Shown here: piece after piece, positions 26,519 to 38,966 of the stretch
Numbering within the stretch: position 1 is the first letter of the stretch
Layout: each line of letters opens with the position of its first letter
NCBI GenBank assembly: GCA_951406725.2
Contig: OX597815.1
Span: 41,478,001 to 41,542,000 of the forward strand
Source: Octopus vulgaris
Taxonomy: Eukaryota
Reading direction: 5' to 3'
DNA length: 64,000 bases
Program-made: the position numbers and the translations under genes
Notes under the pieces: model-generated
The model's input: the letters and a program-made list of their open reading frames with translations, nothing else
Databases searched by the model: none
Told to the model about the DNA's origin: nothing

Positions 26519-26736
26519 CAGTGTTCTCAACTGGAGTCCATATAAGTTTTGTTAAAAGTTTGTGCAATAAATTGCTACAATACACAAAATGTTTTAATTT
26601 TTTTAAATACAATTCCTAATATTTGATTATCGAAATACAGTAGGATTTTTTTTATTTACATTGAATGACTGGAAGTCCAGGAGAGTAAAATAGGAATCAA
26701 AGGAGTCTATAAGTAAAAAATGGTTGAGAACCACTG
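26519..26736 (-). mobile_element. hAT MITE family H
   Basis: CAGTGTTCTCAAC ... GGTTGAGAACCACTG; 8-bp TSD TTATAGGC/TTCTAGGC. Confidence 0.85.
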
Positions 26737-27788
26737 TTCTAGGCAGTCACATGATTTACTAGAAATAACAGCCAAATCTCACTCAAATCACCATCTTAAT
26801 GCTTTGGACAATGTAGTCCCTGATACATAAAAAAAGACATGACCAGGCCTGACCTTGAGCTAAACAACTACTACTGCAAGGATATTTTGTGTGTTACTAC
26901 TACATCCTAATACTAATATAATTATTTGGTTCAGATCGGCATCTGTTGTTGTTTGTTTTTTTTACTCACTTTACTCTAATGTACCATTTTTATTACTCTT
27001 AACAAATAGAAAACATTATCATTAATAATCCTCCATACTAAATGCAAAACTACACTACTTGAGTTTTGGTGTACCTTGGGCAGTTGGTGATCCTTTACCC
27101 ATATATAAATTGCTGTTGCATAATGTGTACCTACTCTTAGAGGTATGTATACTTGTATATGGTTTGTATATTTGTATACAGCTCGGTTGCAATGTATGAA
27201 TATAAAAAAATAGCACCCATTTCTTCACAGGTGTAGTTTCAAATTATGGACCCCTGGGTTTTAGGCCCACCATGCTGTCACTGTGCCACTCTGCTCAGCA
27301 AGTGATTAAGCAAATATATACTGTCTTATTTCTTACATTGTCTGTTCTGGATTACGTTACTTCTATTACATGATTCATATTTATTATTATTTATTTTTAT
27401 GCATTAGGCTGTTTCAAATGAACAAAATAGAGTAACTATTGCAATACCTGCTGCAGCATTGAGATGTTAATTTACTGACTGAAAGTTAACATATTCTGCC
27501 AATGTTCCAAGAATCAGTTAACAAACCACATGCATAGATCTGTGTGTTGCAAATTTTTCTGGGTGTCTCTTCATTTGCCATTTTCAGATCAGCGAGATGC
27601 AAATCAATTCTATAAATGTTTCCCCAGTGTAGCAAGTGAACTTGCTAATAGTATTATTATGCAAAAACATCACAAGCATAATATTCTTATATGATTAAGT
27701 ATTGCCATTACTCGCATATCACCACTTGGATGCACTCCATATTCTCAGTAAATTTTCCTGGAGTTTGTGTTGTCCTCAGATTTATTTG

Positions 27789-28160
27789 TTGGGACTCACA
27801 GAGGGAATGACAGGGGACCTAGACTCCTGGTGGTTTGCTGTGCATGAAAAGACGTGTCAAGCTAAGTAAAAGCATGGTTGCCCTTGCATACAGGCTCATT
27901 CCCTGCAACTCTCCCCAGCTAAGCATCCCTAATCTTCTAGGCTCATAGGTACTGGTGCAACATAAAAAGTACCCATGCTGGTGCTGCATAAAAGCACCCG
28001 GTACATTCTGTAAAGTAGTTAGCATTACGAAGAGCATCCAGCCATAGAAATGCCAAAACAGACATGAAGCCTGAACAGCCCTTCAGCCGGTCAGCTTCTG
28101 TCAAATTGTCCAACCATGCCAGCATGGAAAACGGACGTTAAATGATGAGGATGATGATGA
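27789..28160 (+). mobile_element. 3' end of an RTE-clade LINE (ORF C-terminus plus 3' UTR, family C tail)
   Basis: 27789-27869 translates LGLTEGMTGDLDSWWFAVHEKTCQAK*, matching the RTE-type C-terminal DRxxWR motif region; ends CCATGCCAGCATGGAAAACGGACGTTAAATGATG(AT)GA. Confidence 0.75.
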
Positions 28161-28329
28161 TTTCTAAAAGCTGATTTTTCTTTGCTTTAGTTGAATATAT
28201 CCTTGAATGTTCTGTGACATTTTTATAGCTTTTATAAATAATTTTCCATTATAACTCCATTTATTCTATCACTGATATAATTCTGAATATCCCATGAATC
28301 TTTTTCTCCTGAGGTAAGACCTAAAATAT

Positions 28330-28506
28330 CAGTTAATGTCCACTTTTCCATGCTTACATGGACCTGACAGATGCCCTTCCTGTCATTAGTTCTCACCTGT
28401 TTCCAGGTAAGATAATATTTCCCCCATAAGTAGACATGTTTTTCATGGGAGATTGGAAATGAACAATGTTGTTTGTATGACAATGATGCTCATTTACAAC
28501 CATCAT
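28330..28506 (-). mobile_element. SINE module B fragment
   Basis: GTCCACTTTTCCATGC..CTCACCTGTTTCCAGGTAAGATAATATTTCCCC is the reverse complement of the 45640-45750 motif. Confidence 0.7.
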
Positions 28507-28558
28507 GTACACATATACATGTGCATGTGTGACAGACTATTTAGAGAATAACATGGTA

Positions 28559-28788
28559 GGTGGTGAGCTGGCAGGAACGTTAGCACGCCAGGTGAAATGC
28601 TTAGCAGTATTTCGTCTGTCTTTGCGTTCTGAGTTCAAATTCCTCCGAGGTCGACTTTGCATTTCATCCTTTCGGGGTCAATTAAATAAGTACCAGTTAC
28701 GCACTGGGGTCGATATAATCAACTTAATCCGTTTGTCTTTGTTTGTCCCCTCTATGTTTAGCCCCTTGTGGGCAATAAAGAAATAAGA
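28559..28788 (+). mobile_element. tRNA-SINE family D, young copy with TSD
   Basis: Head GGTGGTGAGCTGGCAGGAACGTTAGC, B box GAGTTCAAATTC, A-rich tail; direct repeat AACATGGTAGG at 28550-28560 and 28789-28799. Confidence 0.9.
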
Positions 28789-31700
28789 AACATGGTAGGG
28801 TGAGAGGCTTTCATTTAGTACTTCTCTGAATCCCATGGTATCTTTGGGTCTAATATTTATATATTACCAAGAAATAGTGCTCACCAATGACAAATGGTTC
28901 TAAAATTTATGCAAATGCCTGCATATAAGATGCTAGAAAATAAAATTCTAATTTTGTGGCAATCATTTTTGTGACAACTTAAATCTGTCTCACTCATCAT
29001 TTTAGAGGAGATAATTTCTCAGTCATTCATTTGCCCCTTTTCTGATAATGAGTGTCCCACATATTTCATGCTTGAATGTTTCACAACTGGAAAGCCTCCA
29101 GTTGTAGAATTTTTCCACCGATAATTGTTCGGATATATAAAACCTATTTAAGCTTTGCTGGTAGTTAAATAAAAAAAAAAATTCATGTAACAGTTTTTTT
29201 TAAAACAATATTAAAGCAGATATTGTTTCATTGAAACTTGACTTTGCTTTTCTAACATAAAGCACCATTATTAAATTATATAGAAACCTTTGATAAACAT
29301 TTTAAAATAACTAAGTATTTAATTGAGCATGAAAATCTTTTAAAGGCAATATAAAGAAAATACAGCTGAATCTGAGAAAAACAGACTGAAATAATTGTTT
29401 ATAAAGAAAGTATATACATAAAATAGATATATACACTATAAAGATAACTGATTTTTTTAAGCAAATTTAAGTGTTGTTTCTATGTTATGTCATTTCATTG
29501 AAATTATCAAAGTGCTAAAATAAGCAAAAGATATTTTATTAAGTTACTCCTTTTATTTTCACATTAATACACCAAAAGACGGAATTTTATTTGTTTTACT
29601 CAAGAAAATAGTTTAAAAGGTCTTCATATCACCAAATATTCTATCACTGCTTTCATCTATTTCCTTTTACTTTCTCTTTGATTTTGGATATTTTGAACAT
29701 TTATGAAATGCTTTTCTATATTCTTTTGGATAAGGAAGTGTCTGCATTGATAGTTGCTTCCTGGTGGTATTGATAAGAGAGTAAGAACTACAGCTTCTAG
29801 GCAATGAAAAAGTAATGCTTCAACAGCAAGCATAGACGTTTGCATACAATCTGCTTTTGATTCGTTCACAAACTGTACCATATCCAACACTGTTATCAGT
29901 TCTATTCATAATCTTTTGTAAGGCAACTTCCATGCTAATATTAATTCAACTTAACTAGTGTTGTTGGTTGAAATGTTTAATTTTTTATGTCCAAACTGGC
30001 ACCAAATAGTATTTGACTTGGCGACTGCTTATTGATGGGCATTTGATAACTCGAAAACCAAGTATGAAACTAAAACAGTCTACTTTATTAGATTACTTTT
30101 TTAATCATAAATCTTTTGGGATCCTTTTGTTTTTCCCACATGTTTTTATTTTTAAAAACCAGTAGCCAGAAAATAGTGATCATAGATGTTAATGTTTACC
30201 TGCAGGTCATCTCTGACTAAGCAAATCAATGGCATTCCAGTCATGACCATCCCATTTTTTTTTGGTTTTTTTGTATATCATTATTCAATGGAGTCTTGTG
30301 AAAGATGGTAGGCTGTGTTCAATTTAATGCTTTGGTTGATATTTGTCAGTTGCTTTTGTTTTCTGGTTGTTAATCTGCTTGCTTTAACATGAGATGCCAC
30401 TGGTCAAATAAGCTGAGACCTTCCACCTTTACTTAAACCTGGTTGCACCCACCTGCTCTTATCGTCCCTGCTATGTTTTTTTCTCTCGAATCCTACACTA
30501 AACATCTTTCCCTATCATCTCTTCTCAGAATCACAGCCCTCTGAAATCCATTCTCTGCTAATTTTTCCTTCTTTGGTTATTATCTTCTAGAAATTGAAGC
30601 TAAATGTCAATCATATCAATTGAGAGAGTTCATGCAATGGTTATGAGTGGCACTCTTCTTTTTACTCGAAAAAAATTTTTTTTAATTGAATGCCTGATAA
30701 TAAAAACGAAATAATTTATTTTTGTTATGATTTTAAGTTTCTTTAAATTTCCAAAATTTATATATTTCGTTTAAAATAAATGAAGTTGGTTTTCATAATT
30801 TTTTAATGTTAATGTAAAAAGAACAACTATGGCTTGTTGTTCATTTTCTTTCTGTAAGTGTGTTTTGGTTTGAGTCACTTAGCACAGTAACCACATCAGT
30901 ATTTGTATGTAATTTAAATTTTATAAACAACCAGCCATAAATTTAAAAGTAATTAAAACAATTTATTTTCCACTTGACTGAGTTAAATGAAATGAAATCT
31001 TAGTAGCAAACTTGCATAAAATTACCCCCTTCATGTTAGTTTTGCACTGACATTCCTTTAAGTCGATTTTATGCATAAATGCAGACTTCCTTTAGTGCAT
31101 CAAGGAAAAAACGGTCTAGGATTAATTAAGATTAGTAGGTTTTTATGTAAAAAACTCTTCTGACTTTCAACTAAAAGACAGTGGGTATAAATAGGTGTTT
31201 GTGAGGTAAAGGGTGCATAAATATCGTTCTTTTTTAAGTACTTTCCGGAAATTCTTGTAATGTTTTACTCTGAGATGTCAGTCTAGTCTTTAAAAAAGGA
31301 TTTTGTTTGGAGCTGAGGAATTAACTTCAATCACTACAAAAGTTGAATGTTTAAATCTGTTGATCCCCATGCTAACAAGTTTTTGGTGATAGTGGTGGTG
31401 GTGATGATGGTGATGATAATAATAATAATACAGTGCATCTGAGTGGAATACTTCCAATAGTCTTTGATGTGTCATAGAACTGACATGAACTACATAGCTA
31501 ACTTTAATACAATATTGAACACTTGTCAAATATTGCATTGGTAAAGAAAGAAATCTTGATATGAAACAATTTGTATGCTATAACCATACTGAAAGAACAA
31601 TTTTTGTTTAATGGAAGCTACAGCACAAACCAATGCATTTAAACTACTTAAGACAAAACTAAGGCTATGAAATACAAGAGTAATATCTGTAAAACAAAAA

Positions 31701-31789
31701 AATTTAGCAAAACAAATCAATAGAATTTTGAAATCATGCTTGAACAACTTACAATCATAGCAGCACCTTAATGTATCAATAGTGTATTC

Positions 31790-31987
31790 TGTTTCTGTTA
31801 TTTGTATCAGTCATTAGTCTGCAGCCATGCTGCAGCACCTCCTTAAAAGGTTTTAGTCAAAGAAATCAACACCAGGACTTATTCTTTGTAAGCCTAGTAC
31901 TTATTCTATTGGTCTCTTTTGCCAAACTGCTAAGTTACAGGTATGTAAACATACCAACATTAGTTGTCAAGCAATTGTTGGAGACAT

Positions 31988-32042
<55 letters not shown>

Positions 32043-32209
32043 AACGACAATCTTCTTTCAGTTTCCATTTACCAAATCTGCTCACAAGGCGTTGGTCAGC
32101 CTGAGGCTATAGTAGAAGACACAAGCCCAAGGTGTCATGCAGTGGGACTGAACTTGGAACCATGTGGTTGGGAAGCAAGCTTCTTACCACACAGCCATGC
32201 CTGCACCTA
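31790..32209 (-). mobile_element. tRNA-SINE family A
   Basis: Full-length match with internal (TA)n. Confidence 0.9.
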
Positions 32210-32373
32210 ATATTTGTGTTTTTATTATATAATGGTCCCTTGTTAGTATTTGTTGTTGTTGTTTAATCCAAAATCAACTCTAATAGAGCCAACTTATGTT
32301 CAGAAATATTCCTATCATAACATTCCCATCCTTTATTAAAGTATTAAATACTTTAATAAAGGATGGGGATGTT

Positions 32374-32596
32374 ATAACCCTTTTATTGCCACATTCCTGT
32401 TGAAACAAACTGCCTTTTATTTCAATTAATTGATGAAGAATTTGGTAAAATAACATTGTCATTTTTAAGCTAATATTTGGAACATAAATCAACATGAGAT
32501 TTTGCTGGAAGGTTTTAATTTAGATCATTTTAAAGTAAGGAGTTTGTATCATAGAATCGAGGGTAGCCTCAGGCAAGTTGGTATCAAAAGTGTTAA
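32374..32596 (+). mobile_element. piggyBac-like MITE related to family E, nested in a family G repeat
   Basis: TAACCCTTTT ... GTTGGTATCAAAAGTGTTAA; internal GAATTTGGTAAAATAAC..GGAACATAAAT..GGAAGGTTTTAATT similar to the 8531 copy; family G halves on each side. Confidence 0.65.
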
Positions 32597-32778
32597 CTCC
32601 ACATTATTTGATGTATGTTTTGAGGAAGCTTTAACTACTATTTCTTGCAACTTGAGTGACTGCTATGTGCTCCCCTCATTGGTTGAAAATAGTATTAGCT
32701 GTTTGTTCAGGCTTAGGAATTTGTAAATATGGTAAATAGCAAGGCTACATGCAGGTTGGAGAGGGCTTTTGTTAATGT

Positions 32779-33008
32779 TTAACCCTTTCGATACCAACCC
32801 AGCTGAAACTGCCTCTGGCTCTGCAGTACAAATGTCTTGTTTTCATAAATTTTGAATTAAAATCTTCCACCAAACTTTAGTCACAATTTATGTTCCTAAC
32901 ACTACCTTAAAGATAACTAAATTTTTTTTACTAAATTCTTTGTTATGTTTAAAGTAATAGAAAGAAACACAAAGCATCTCAAAATAAATACAGTAACAAA
33001 AGGGTTTA
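32779..33008 (-). mobile_element. piggyBac-like MITE family E
   Basis: TTAACCCTTTCGATACC ... CAGTAACAAAAGGGTTTA; reverse complement of 8531-8750. Confidence 0.88.
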
Positions 33009-33829
33009 CTTTGCATGGCAAATAATCTTTTTTTGTTTCTTCTAATAGAGAAGCTAATGTAAAAGGACAGAACTAAATACCACACTGTATTTAGACCCTC
33101 TCCACTCCTATTTCTCTCATACCACCATCTTGCTTGGTATCTGTTACATTTTTAATGCTAAACAAATACTTAGCCATTTCAACTCTAAGCACTATTTAAA
33201 CTTAGAAATGACCACTACTCCTTCGAGTTGAGTGGATTCATGCCGCCACCAATCAAAGATCTCGTCCTATTCATCACTCCTTTCATCATGCCTTGTGTCA
33301 AACCTCCAGGCCCTGCATTAATCACTATTCTCAGTCCTTCCTTCCTAGTTCATTGGCCCTCTGAAGTTTCCACCTTGCTCATCTCTTTTCTACAGGCCCA
33401 AGAGGAACATTAATCTCACAGTTTAGGAGGGCCAGTAAAGGCCATGGATACAGCTTTCTCTTTCAGACTGACTAATAAGTAAAAAAAAAAGGGGGGGGCT
33501 AGCAGGCAGGTCTTGTGTCAATTTATTCAGTCTCGGTAGAAGCTTTCTTCCACTGAGTCACTACTCTTTCTCAATTATTTATTGCTACTTTTGTTTTCTC
33601 AGCTTTATGTTATTTAGGATTACAGTAAGAAATTGATAAAAACTGGTTGATATTTTCCTTTTAGAGGTTCTTTACTGGTCTGTTATTTTGTAAACATTGT
33701 ATGGCAAAGATAAGGGAGCAGGATGATTGGCAGTGTGCTGTTCTTGAAAAGTTGCGACCAAATCAGCAAAAACTAAGTTATGGAAGCACTGTGCGTGTGA
33801 TTGCCTATGCATAACTGTGCCACTCACTC

Positions 33830-34740
33830 AATTTCCTCCTCAAGACATTCCCAATACCCATCATTTTTCTCTAACTGCATCTTTTCCTTGATAAATTAAT
33901 CTTTCTCCACTGCCTGGAACCATTTTTCTTAATATCCATCATCCATCTGTATCCTATCATCCCTACTCATATTTTACATTGATCACCCCACTAAGCTATA
34001 AAATGATCTCTCCTCCACCACTAGACATCTCACTCTCCCTGTGTGTTGTGCCTGCCTTTCTCCCCACACACTGGCAACCTACCCAATCAGGCATCATCTT
34101 TCGCTCTCTCATCCTTCCCCTATTTACTATGTCAATTTGGTATTCTGCTGCTCTTCACTACTACCCTGTGTATCTACCAGCCACTCCTGAACCCTTGTTC
34201 TTCATTCATTATATGCATACACACTCTCTTCACCCATTACCCATCTTTCACTCTCCCTTACACTCTTACGACCTCTACCCACCCACATTACCAGTTCCTC
34301 TGTCTCCCTAACCTTTTACTGTCCCTGTTCCTTAAGGTCCACTTGGACACCTCATCACCACTATATCTCTGCCCAGTTCAACCCCAATCAATCTCCACCC
34401 TCTCTTCTAAAATGTGAGTAAACATGTCACTTCTCTACAGCAAGAAACTTGTTCTGTTCTGGCTCCTGCCCTGACTCTTGAACCACTCATATCTCCTAGT
34501 ATAAAGTCACCTCTTTCAAGAGTCAGTCTTGCAAGCTGCATGATGACCTCATTTGTGCTGCTGGCATGAAAAGAGTATCCAGTTAGATGCTGTAAAGTGG
34601 TTGGCATTAGGAAGGGCATTGAGTCTAGAAACCATACCAAAGTAGACAATGGAGCTCAATGCAGTTCTTGTACCCATCAGATCTTGTCAAACTGTCCAAG
34701 CCATGACAACATGAAACATAGATATTAAATGATGATGATT
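33830..34740 (+). mobile_element. Long pyrimidine-rich non-autonomous retroelement with family C (RTE) tail
   Basis: C/T-rich body followed by TGTAAAGTGGTTGGCATTAGGAAGGGCAT..TGTCAAACTGTCC..TTAAATGATGATGAT. Confidence 0.55.
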
Positions 34741-34754
34741 ATGTACCAGATTTG

Positions 34755-35170
34755 GGATCTTTTCGGTTTGAACAGCAGTTTTTTCTAGCGGTGTCATATG
34801 AAATTGTCACCCATAATTATGACCCATGTATCGATCTATTGCATTTCAATCTGTTTTAAAGTTAGGGGTGGGGGGAGGGTATCTTTTTTTTTTTTCTTCA
34901 GAAATGTAAATAAACTCAATCTGTTTGTTAAACGAGGGACATATTCATACGGCACAGAATGTTTTCACCTCAATAGACGTCATTGATTCATTGAAATTGC
35001 AGAAATTGAAGAAAAAAAAACAACAAATATCTTACAAACTATCGAATTTTCTCAATAAAGTCAAGAGAAAAAGATGTTTTATAAACACATTCTACCAGTA
35101 TACTATGTTTAAAAGTGTTTAGTTACGTGGAAATTATTTTTAAAAACTGCCGTTCAAACTGAAAAGATCC
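34755..35170. mobile_element. 416-bp MITE with 9-bp TSD (MULE/Merlin-like)
   Basis: TIRs GGATCTTTTCGGTTTGAACAGCAGTTTTT ... AAAAACTGCCGTTCAAACTGAAAAGATCC; perfect TSD CCAGATTTG at 34746-34754 and 35171-35179. Confidence 0.9.
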
Positions 35171-35689
35171 CCAGATTTGTCTAACAAACAGGAAACCTGC
35201 CTTGAGTAATATAAACATTTAAAAAATTTTAACTTATGATTATTTTAACACAGCTAACAAATTTCATTTTTTGTTAATTCTAGTTTAATTTACTTGGTTT
35301 TTGGTTAAAAAATTTATTAAATAATCTTGACCACCCACAAATAAATGCAGTGCCAAGAGCAAGTAAACAAAATGCTCTCAAAAATACTTCCTGCCTGTTT
35401 TTCAAACCATTCTAGAGAAATACTCTTAGAAAATGATATTTAAATAAACCAATTTATCTTCATAATAAACAGCTTTTAATTTGTATAACAAAATTAGACT
35501 TTGTACTCAGATTTTATAGAAATCCTGTTTCGAATTCTTTATTTATCAAAGTCATTTAGCTTCAGTTGGTTGTATCAGACACATGTGTCTTTGTTTTATT
35601 TAACAAGCCTGTAACAACTTCAAGGAGTGTCTCTGTGACCAATGAAATATATTGCCCCATTTGACTGATGGAAAAATGTGGTAGAGGTT

Positions 35690-35694
35690 TCTCT

Positions 35695-35779
<85 letters not shown>
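35690..35779. repeat. (CT)n microsatellite
   Basis: About 90-bp CT run. Confidence 0.95.
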
Positions 35780-35781
<2 letters not shown>

Positions 35782-36805
35782 GTAAACTTTTTCTCTTTGC
35801 CTATCTATCTCTGTCTTCTCCCATTTATTTTCTTTTAAATTGTCTCCTCTTACATTTGCAGATAAATTTCATAATTTGTACTTATGTTATTAATGTCATC
35901 AAAGAGTCTTCATAGGAAACAGCAGTTACATCAGGTGATTCTCTGGAGGATTTTAACTATATCAGGCGATGTCTAGATGTCTATGCAGAAACTTTTTTCA
36001 GCTTCTCTGCTCCCCTTCCTTCATCACCAGCTACTGGAAAATTTAGCTGGGAATATTTACTGATATCTGAATGTAATTATTTGATGTCAGCTATATGTTC
36101 TGAGTTCTATCTCTGCAGGGTGGGAGTAGGGAGTGTTTTTTTTTCTCTGTCCTCTGCTGCCCAAGTTTGTTTTTATTTATTTTTTCTCTTTTATTCAGAT
36201 TCACATCTCTTTCCTTCTATTTGAAATCCCCACCCAAACCTTTTTGGTCAGGTGACTAAGTGACATATTATTGTCTGCTGTTTAGTTTTCTATTTGTATG
36301 TTTTTGTTGACACAGCAAAATGTCAACTAACATTAGTGTAAGATTTATGTGGTTTGTATGTGTAAGTATACACACTGTTGTTTAGTGTTTGAAGTTTTTG
36401 TTTTTCAAACTTAGAAGTAGCTTGTTTTATAAACATTTTCTTCTATCACTTCATTGGCTAGTTTGTATATGTAATGAATCAACAGAGAAATTTAATTTGT
36501 AATATAAGCTATTCATTTCTAAATAAACATAGCATTTAAACCTTATTGTAAAAAAGGAAACAAACTTGCTGCACCACAAGTTTTTATCTCTCCGTAGACA
36601 GAAAAAGTAGAATCAATGGGACTAGTTTCTAGTTATCTTAAATCTTCATCAGAGAAAGAATATTCACCTTTTGTAATCATGCAAATTCTAAACAAAAAGA
36701 ATCAAATAAATAACTACAGAAAGAAATAATTCTGGTCAATGTCTCGGGTATAGTTGGTACTAAACAGTTGTGAGAATAACACTTGGTCACTGGAAAAATA
36801 GTTAA

Positions 36806-37192
36806 TACAGGCATGACTACGTGGTAAGAAGTCTGCTTCTCACCACATGGTTCTAGGTTCAATCCTCTTGTGTGGTACCTTGAGCAAGTGTTTTCTACTA
36901 TAGCCCCTGGCCAACCACTTCTACCAAATCCACTCACAGTTGGATTTAGTAGACAGAAACTGAAAGAAGCCTATTGTGTGTGCTTGCATGTATATAAGTG
37001 TATGTGTCCTAGCATCACTTGACAACTGGTGTTTGTTTGCTTATGTTTTTGTAACTTAGCAGTTCAGCAATAGAGATCAACTGAAGAAGTCGTAGGCTTA
37101 AAAAATAAGTATTGGGGTTGGCTTACTCAACTAAACCCTTGAAAGTGGTGCCCAGCATGGCTGCAGTTCAATGACTGAAACAAGTAAAAGAT
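36806..37192 (+). mobile_element. tRNA-SINE family A
   Basis: Head GGCATGACTACGTGGTAAGAAG, B box GGTTCAATCC, tail GACTGAAACAAGTAAAAGA. Confidence 0.85.
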
Positions 37193-38757
37193 ATTGTAAA
37201 AATTAACACAAAAGACAAGATGAGGCAAGAACCAGACCTCCCTCAAGGAAAAGAGACAAGAAATCCTTTTCTATGTTCACTTTAATTTTAATAAGTCCCC
37301 AGATAAATGTCCTTTGATAGCACATGGTCTAGTCCAATCACATTAAACATGTTGGCAAGAGGGAAAAGACAACACATTTATTTCTGCTGGTTCACAAACT
37401 CTTCGACTAGAATAAGTTCTTAACACCCTCTTCTTTTCATTAAGTGATTATCTGCACCACAGAGCATATGCTGACAATGGGGATTAATTAATACCTATAT
37501 AATTAATTAAAATCCATATTTTCAACGCTATGCAAATTTGACTGACCTAGTTTGTATTATGCATTATAAATTACCATGAGCCACATTACTTCTCACAGTA
37601 TGGCAAAGCTTGAAACAATCTGATCAATCCTCTTTTTTTTTTTCTTTTTTGATGACAGAGAGATAAAAATAACATGGTTTACTTTTCACTATTAAAACTG
37701 TATGTTCATTAAACAAGCAATAACTTGCCTTCCAAATTAGCCAAATATATTGCATAGTGATCTATGAATTAAAGTTTAATGCCAGAGTTGAATTTTTTTT
37801 TCCTTTTTACACCCCAAATGAGCCCTGATCAAGCAGACTTTGGATGAAAACCATTCCAGCTGTGACCATTCTGTTTTGTTTTGTTCTTGTTTTTCTTTGG
37901 GTTGTTGTTGTTGTTGGGTCATTGATCTTTTTTCCTCCAGACTTTGTATCAAGGATTAATTAATTGAATCCATTTCCTATTCTTCTTAAACACATACATG
38001 AACACAAACACAAACAGGTACGGTTTGAGGGAGATTAGGCTGCTATTTTTACCAAATTGAGTGACAATGGAAATGTTCCTTTCTTGTTATTTATTAATGA
38101 TGTGGCTTAGTTTTCTGTAAACATAGAGTAATCAAAAATTAAATAACTCTGAAATTCATACCTTTTAGTTGAGAAATACGCATCACTAAAAGTTATAAAA
38201 TTTGGTCCCAGGAAAACCATCCAGCTCTGTTGTAGGAATTTGACAATATCAGGATTTGAAAATTCATCTTATCTCCAAGACCAGTAATTCATACTGCATA
38301 AGGTATGTCTCTGATGCTACTGGAATTTAATAGCTCCTTTTATAAACTAGTAGTACTTGAGACCAGTCAACAAGAGCACTTCTGCATGATCATTTGGAAG
38401 CAGGTTTGGTTGTATGCCAAGAAATGGACTTCACAACCACTTGGTTCGGTATTCAAATAAAAATTTCTCTCAAATCATAGCATACCATCTTTAAAAATTG
38501 ATACATTAGACACTATGTATGATCTGGATATATAAATGGATGAAAATGGTTTTAGAATATCTTTGCTCATAGCTCTGCCTGATTAAACCTGACTTGGGAC
38601 TAAATGACAAATACTTTGGTCTCAGTCACATAAATGTTTTGGAACCTTGTGATTTAATTTCACTCTAACCAGGTTCAAAATTCTTTCATAGTTATTTGAC
38701 TAATTCAGTAATAAAAATACATCTATTGGCATATAAAAGATGCCTTGGGTATCTGGT

Positions 38758-38966
38758 TTAACCCTTTAGCATTCAGATTTCTCTGTCTGATGTAATGCTT
38801 ATTTATTCACATTGTTTTGAATTAGTTACACATTATCTCATAGATGTGATTTGTTTTTAGAATGATACTATAGGGTAGGTGAGATAGGCCAGATCTAGCC
38901 AGTTTGAACGTATGGCAGGTAAAATATTTGGGCTAGATACAGCTGATTTAAATGCTAAAGGGTTAA
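38758..38966 (+). mobile_element. TTAA-flanked piggyBac-like MITE family F
   Basis: Perfect terminal inversion TTAACCCTTTAGCATT ... AATGCTAAAGGGTTAA; homologous to 56907-57133. Confidence 0.88.

Noticed and set aside
28395-28420. CCAG|GTAAG recursive-site-like motif
   Set aside because: It is the antisense of a conserved SINE module B segment and has a poor polypyrimidine tract.
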